Position numbers and translations under genes: made by a program. A DNA stretch of 57,370 nt from Macrostomum lignano (lineage: Eukaryota), in contig NIVC01002654.1 of the NCBI GenBank assembly GCA_002269645.1, forward strand, positions 1-57,370, in the 5' to 3' direction. The notes under the pieces were generated by a model. The model was not told the DNA's origin. It searched no databases and saw only the letters and a list, made by a program, of their open reading frames with translations. Below, one piece after another: positions 56,726-57,370 of the stretch (position 1 is its first letter; each line of letters opens with the position of its first letter).

Positions 56726-57370
56726 CAGATTTTGTATATATTAGGCCTTTATAGGTTAAAAAGTTTGCCTGCCCCTGAATTAGGGTTTGCCAATTTGTCT
56801 GTGGTCGCAACGAAATGTCTATCACTCCAACCCCAGACGAATCGATCATCGCTGATCAGGTGAGGATTTCAGAAGTTGGCCATAGACGCCTGCGTAGGAC
56901 TTAGAAATCCACGGGCCTAAGAAATGGGCTACGCTGCAAAGGAAGCCAAGCCGGGGATCGTCAACTATAAGTGAAGAAGTGAGGCCAGGATTAAAAGTAT
57001 AAAGCTGGGCTCAAGACGAAAGATGAAGTGAATAAATGAAACAATAGACACGAAAGCAACCAAGTGTGACAAAACTACAGCGCAGCCACCATCCATTCCA
57101 GACAGAAGACAAAGGCGAGACGGTGACTTAGGGCGATGAGGTTGACAGGCGAGGCCAGTCAGAAGAGTGATGAGCGCAGCACGTGGGCGGCCCGGGAGGA
57201 GCAGCGGGAGCGCCCAAGACCGACGGGCCAACCCCAAGGAGCGAAGCAACCAAGGGGATGGACCTGCGGGCGGGCCCACGCACAAGACAGGGCTCCCCTT
57301 AGCGCTCTAGCCTCTAGCTCAACCAAGGCAAAATTGCAAGCACCAACTCATCCACCCTCGCCCACGTAGC

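Noticed and set aside
1-57370. CRISPR arrays or any prokaryotic defence or operon system.
   Set aside because: Tandem arrays have no unique spacers, genes are spliced, and SINE/LINE/PLE elements and metazoan genes (CRELD, POU6, SAYSD1, SLC16) show this is eukaryotic nuclear DNA.

Overview
This window is eukaryotic, almost certainly metazoan (invertebrate-like) nuclear DNA, not prokaryotic. GC content is roughly 40%, genes are spliced (GT/AG introns), introns are crowded with minisatellites, and there are tRNA-derived SINEs, a LINE tail, a Penelope-like element, a mariner and TIR-type MITEs. I found no CRISPR array, operon or prokaryotic defence system.

Seven protein-coding genes can be reconstructed with matching splice phases:
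- (1) 51-529 (-): partial 3' exon(s) of an unidentified gene at the window edge.
- (2) 6709-8868 (+): a type I transmembrane protein with a laminin-type EGF-like cysteine-rich ectodomain (3 exons seen; N-terminus not found).
- (3) 12113-17669 (-): a CRELD orthologue in 4 exons (WE domain, EGF/furin-like repeats, two cbEGF, two C-terminal TM helices). All three introns are filled with large minisatellite arrays, and intron 1 also carries a LINE 3' fragment.
- (4) 21848-24360 (-): an almost intronless monocarboxylate transporter (SLC16/MCT-like, MFS) with one unresolved frame change.
- (5) 28728-30247 (-): signal peptide plus PAN/apple-like exon, then an F-type lectin (fucolectin) exon.
- (6) 44598-47412 (+): a POU class VI homeobox gene in 4 exons, with intronic tandem arrays and a 21-bp array abutting exon 3.
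- (7) 50979-52163 (+): a SAYSD1 orthologue (2 exons), followed by a C-type lectin gene (54901-55486, -) that has an internal frame change.

Mobile elements:
- a mariner-like pseudo-element (about 2262-5465) carrying a nested 1.9-kb non-autonomous TIR element with an 8-bp TSD;
- a second 865-bp hAT-like MITE with an 8-bp TSD (36393-37257);
- two tRNA-derived SINE families, two copies each;
- a 5'-truncated Jockey/CR1-type LINE 3' end inside a satellite;
- a 5'-truncated Penelope-like element (RT plus GIY-YIG).

At least 20 minisatellite arrays (17-44 bp units) are present, many with 21-bp units that create spurious long ORFs in the track.

Coordinates of splice sites are anchored to the supplied ORF track where possible; unanchored ones may be off by a few nucleotides.
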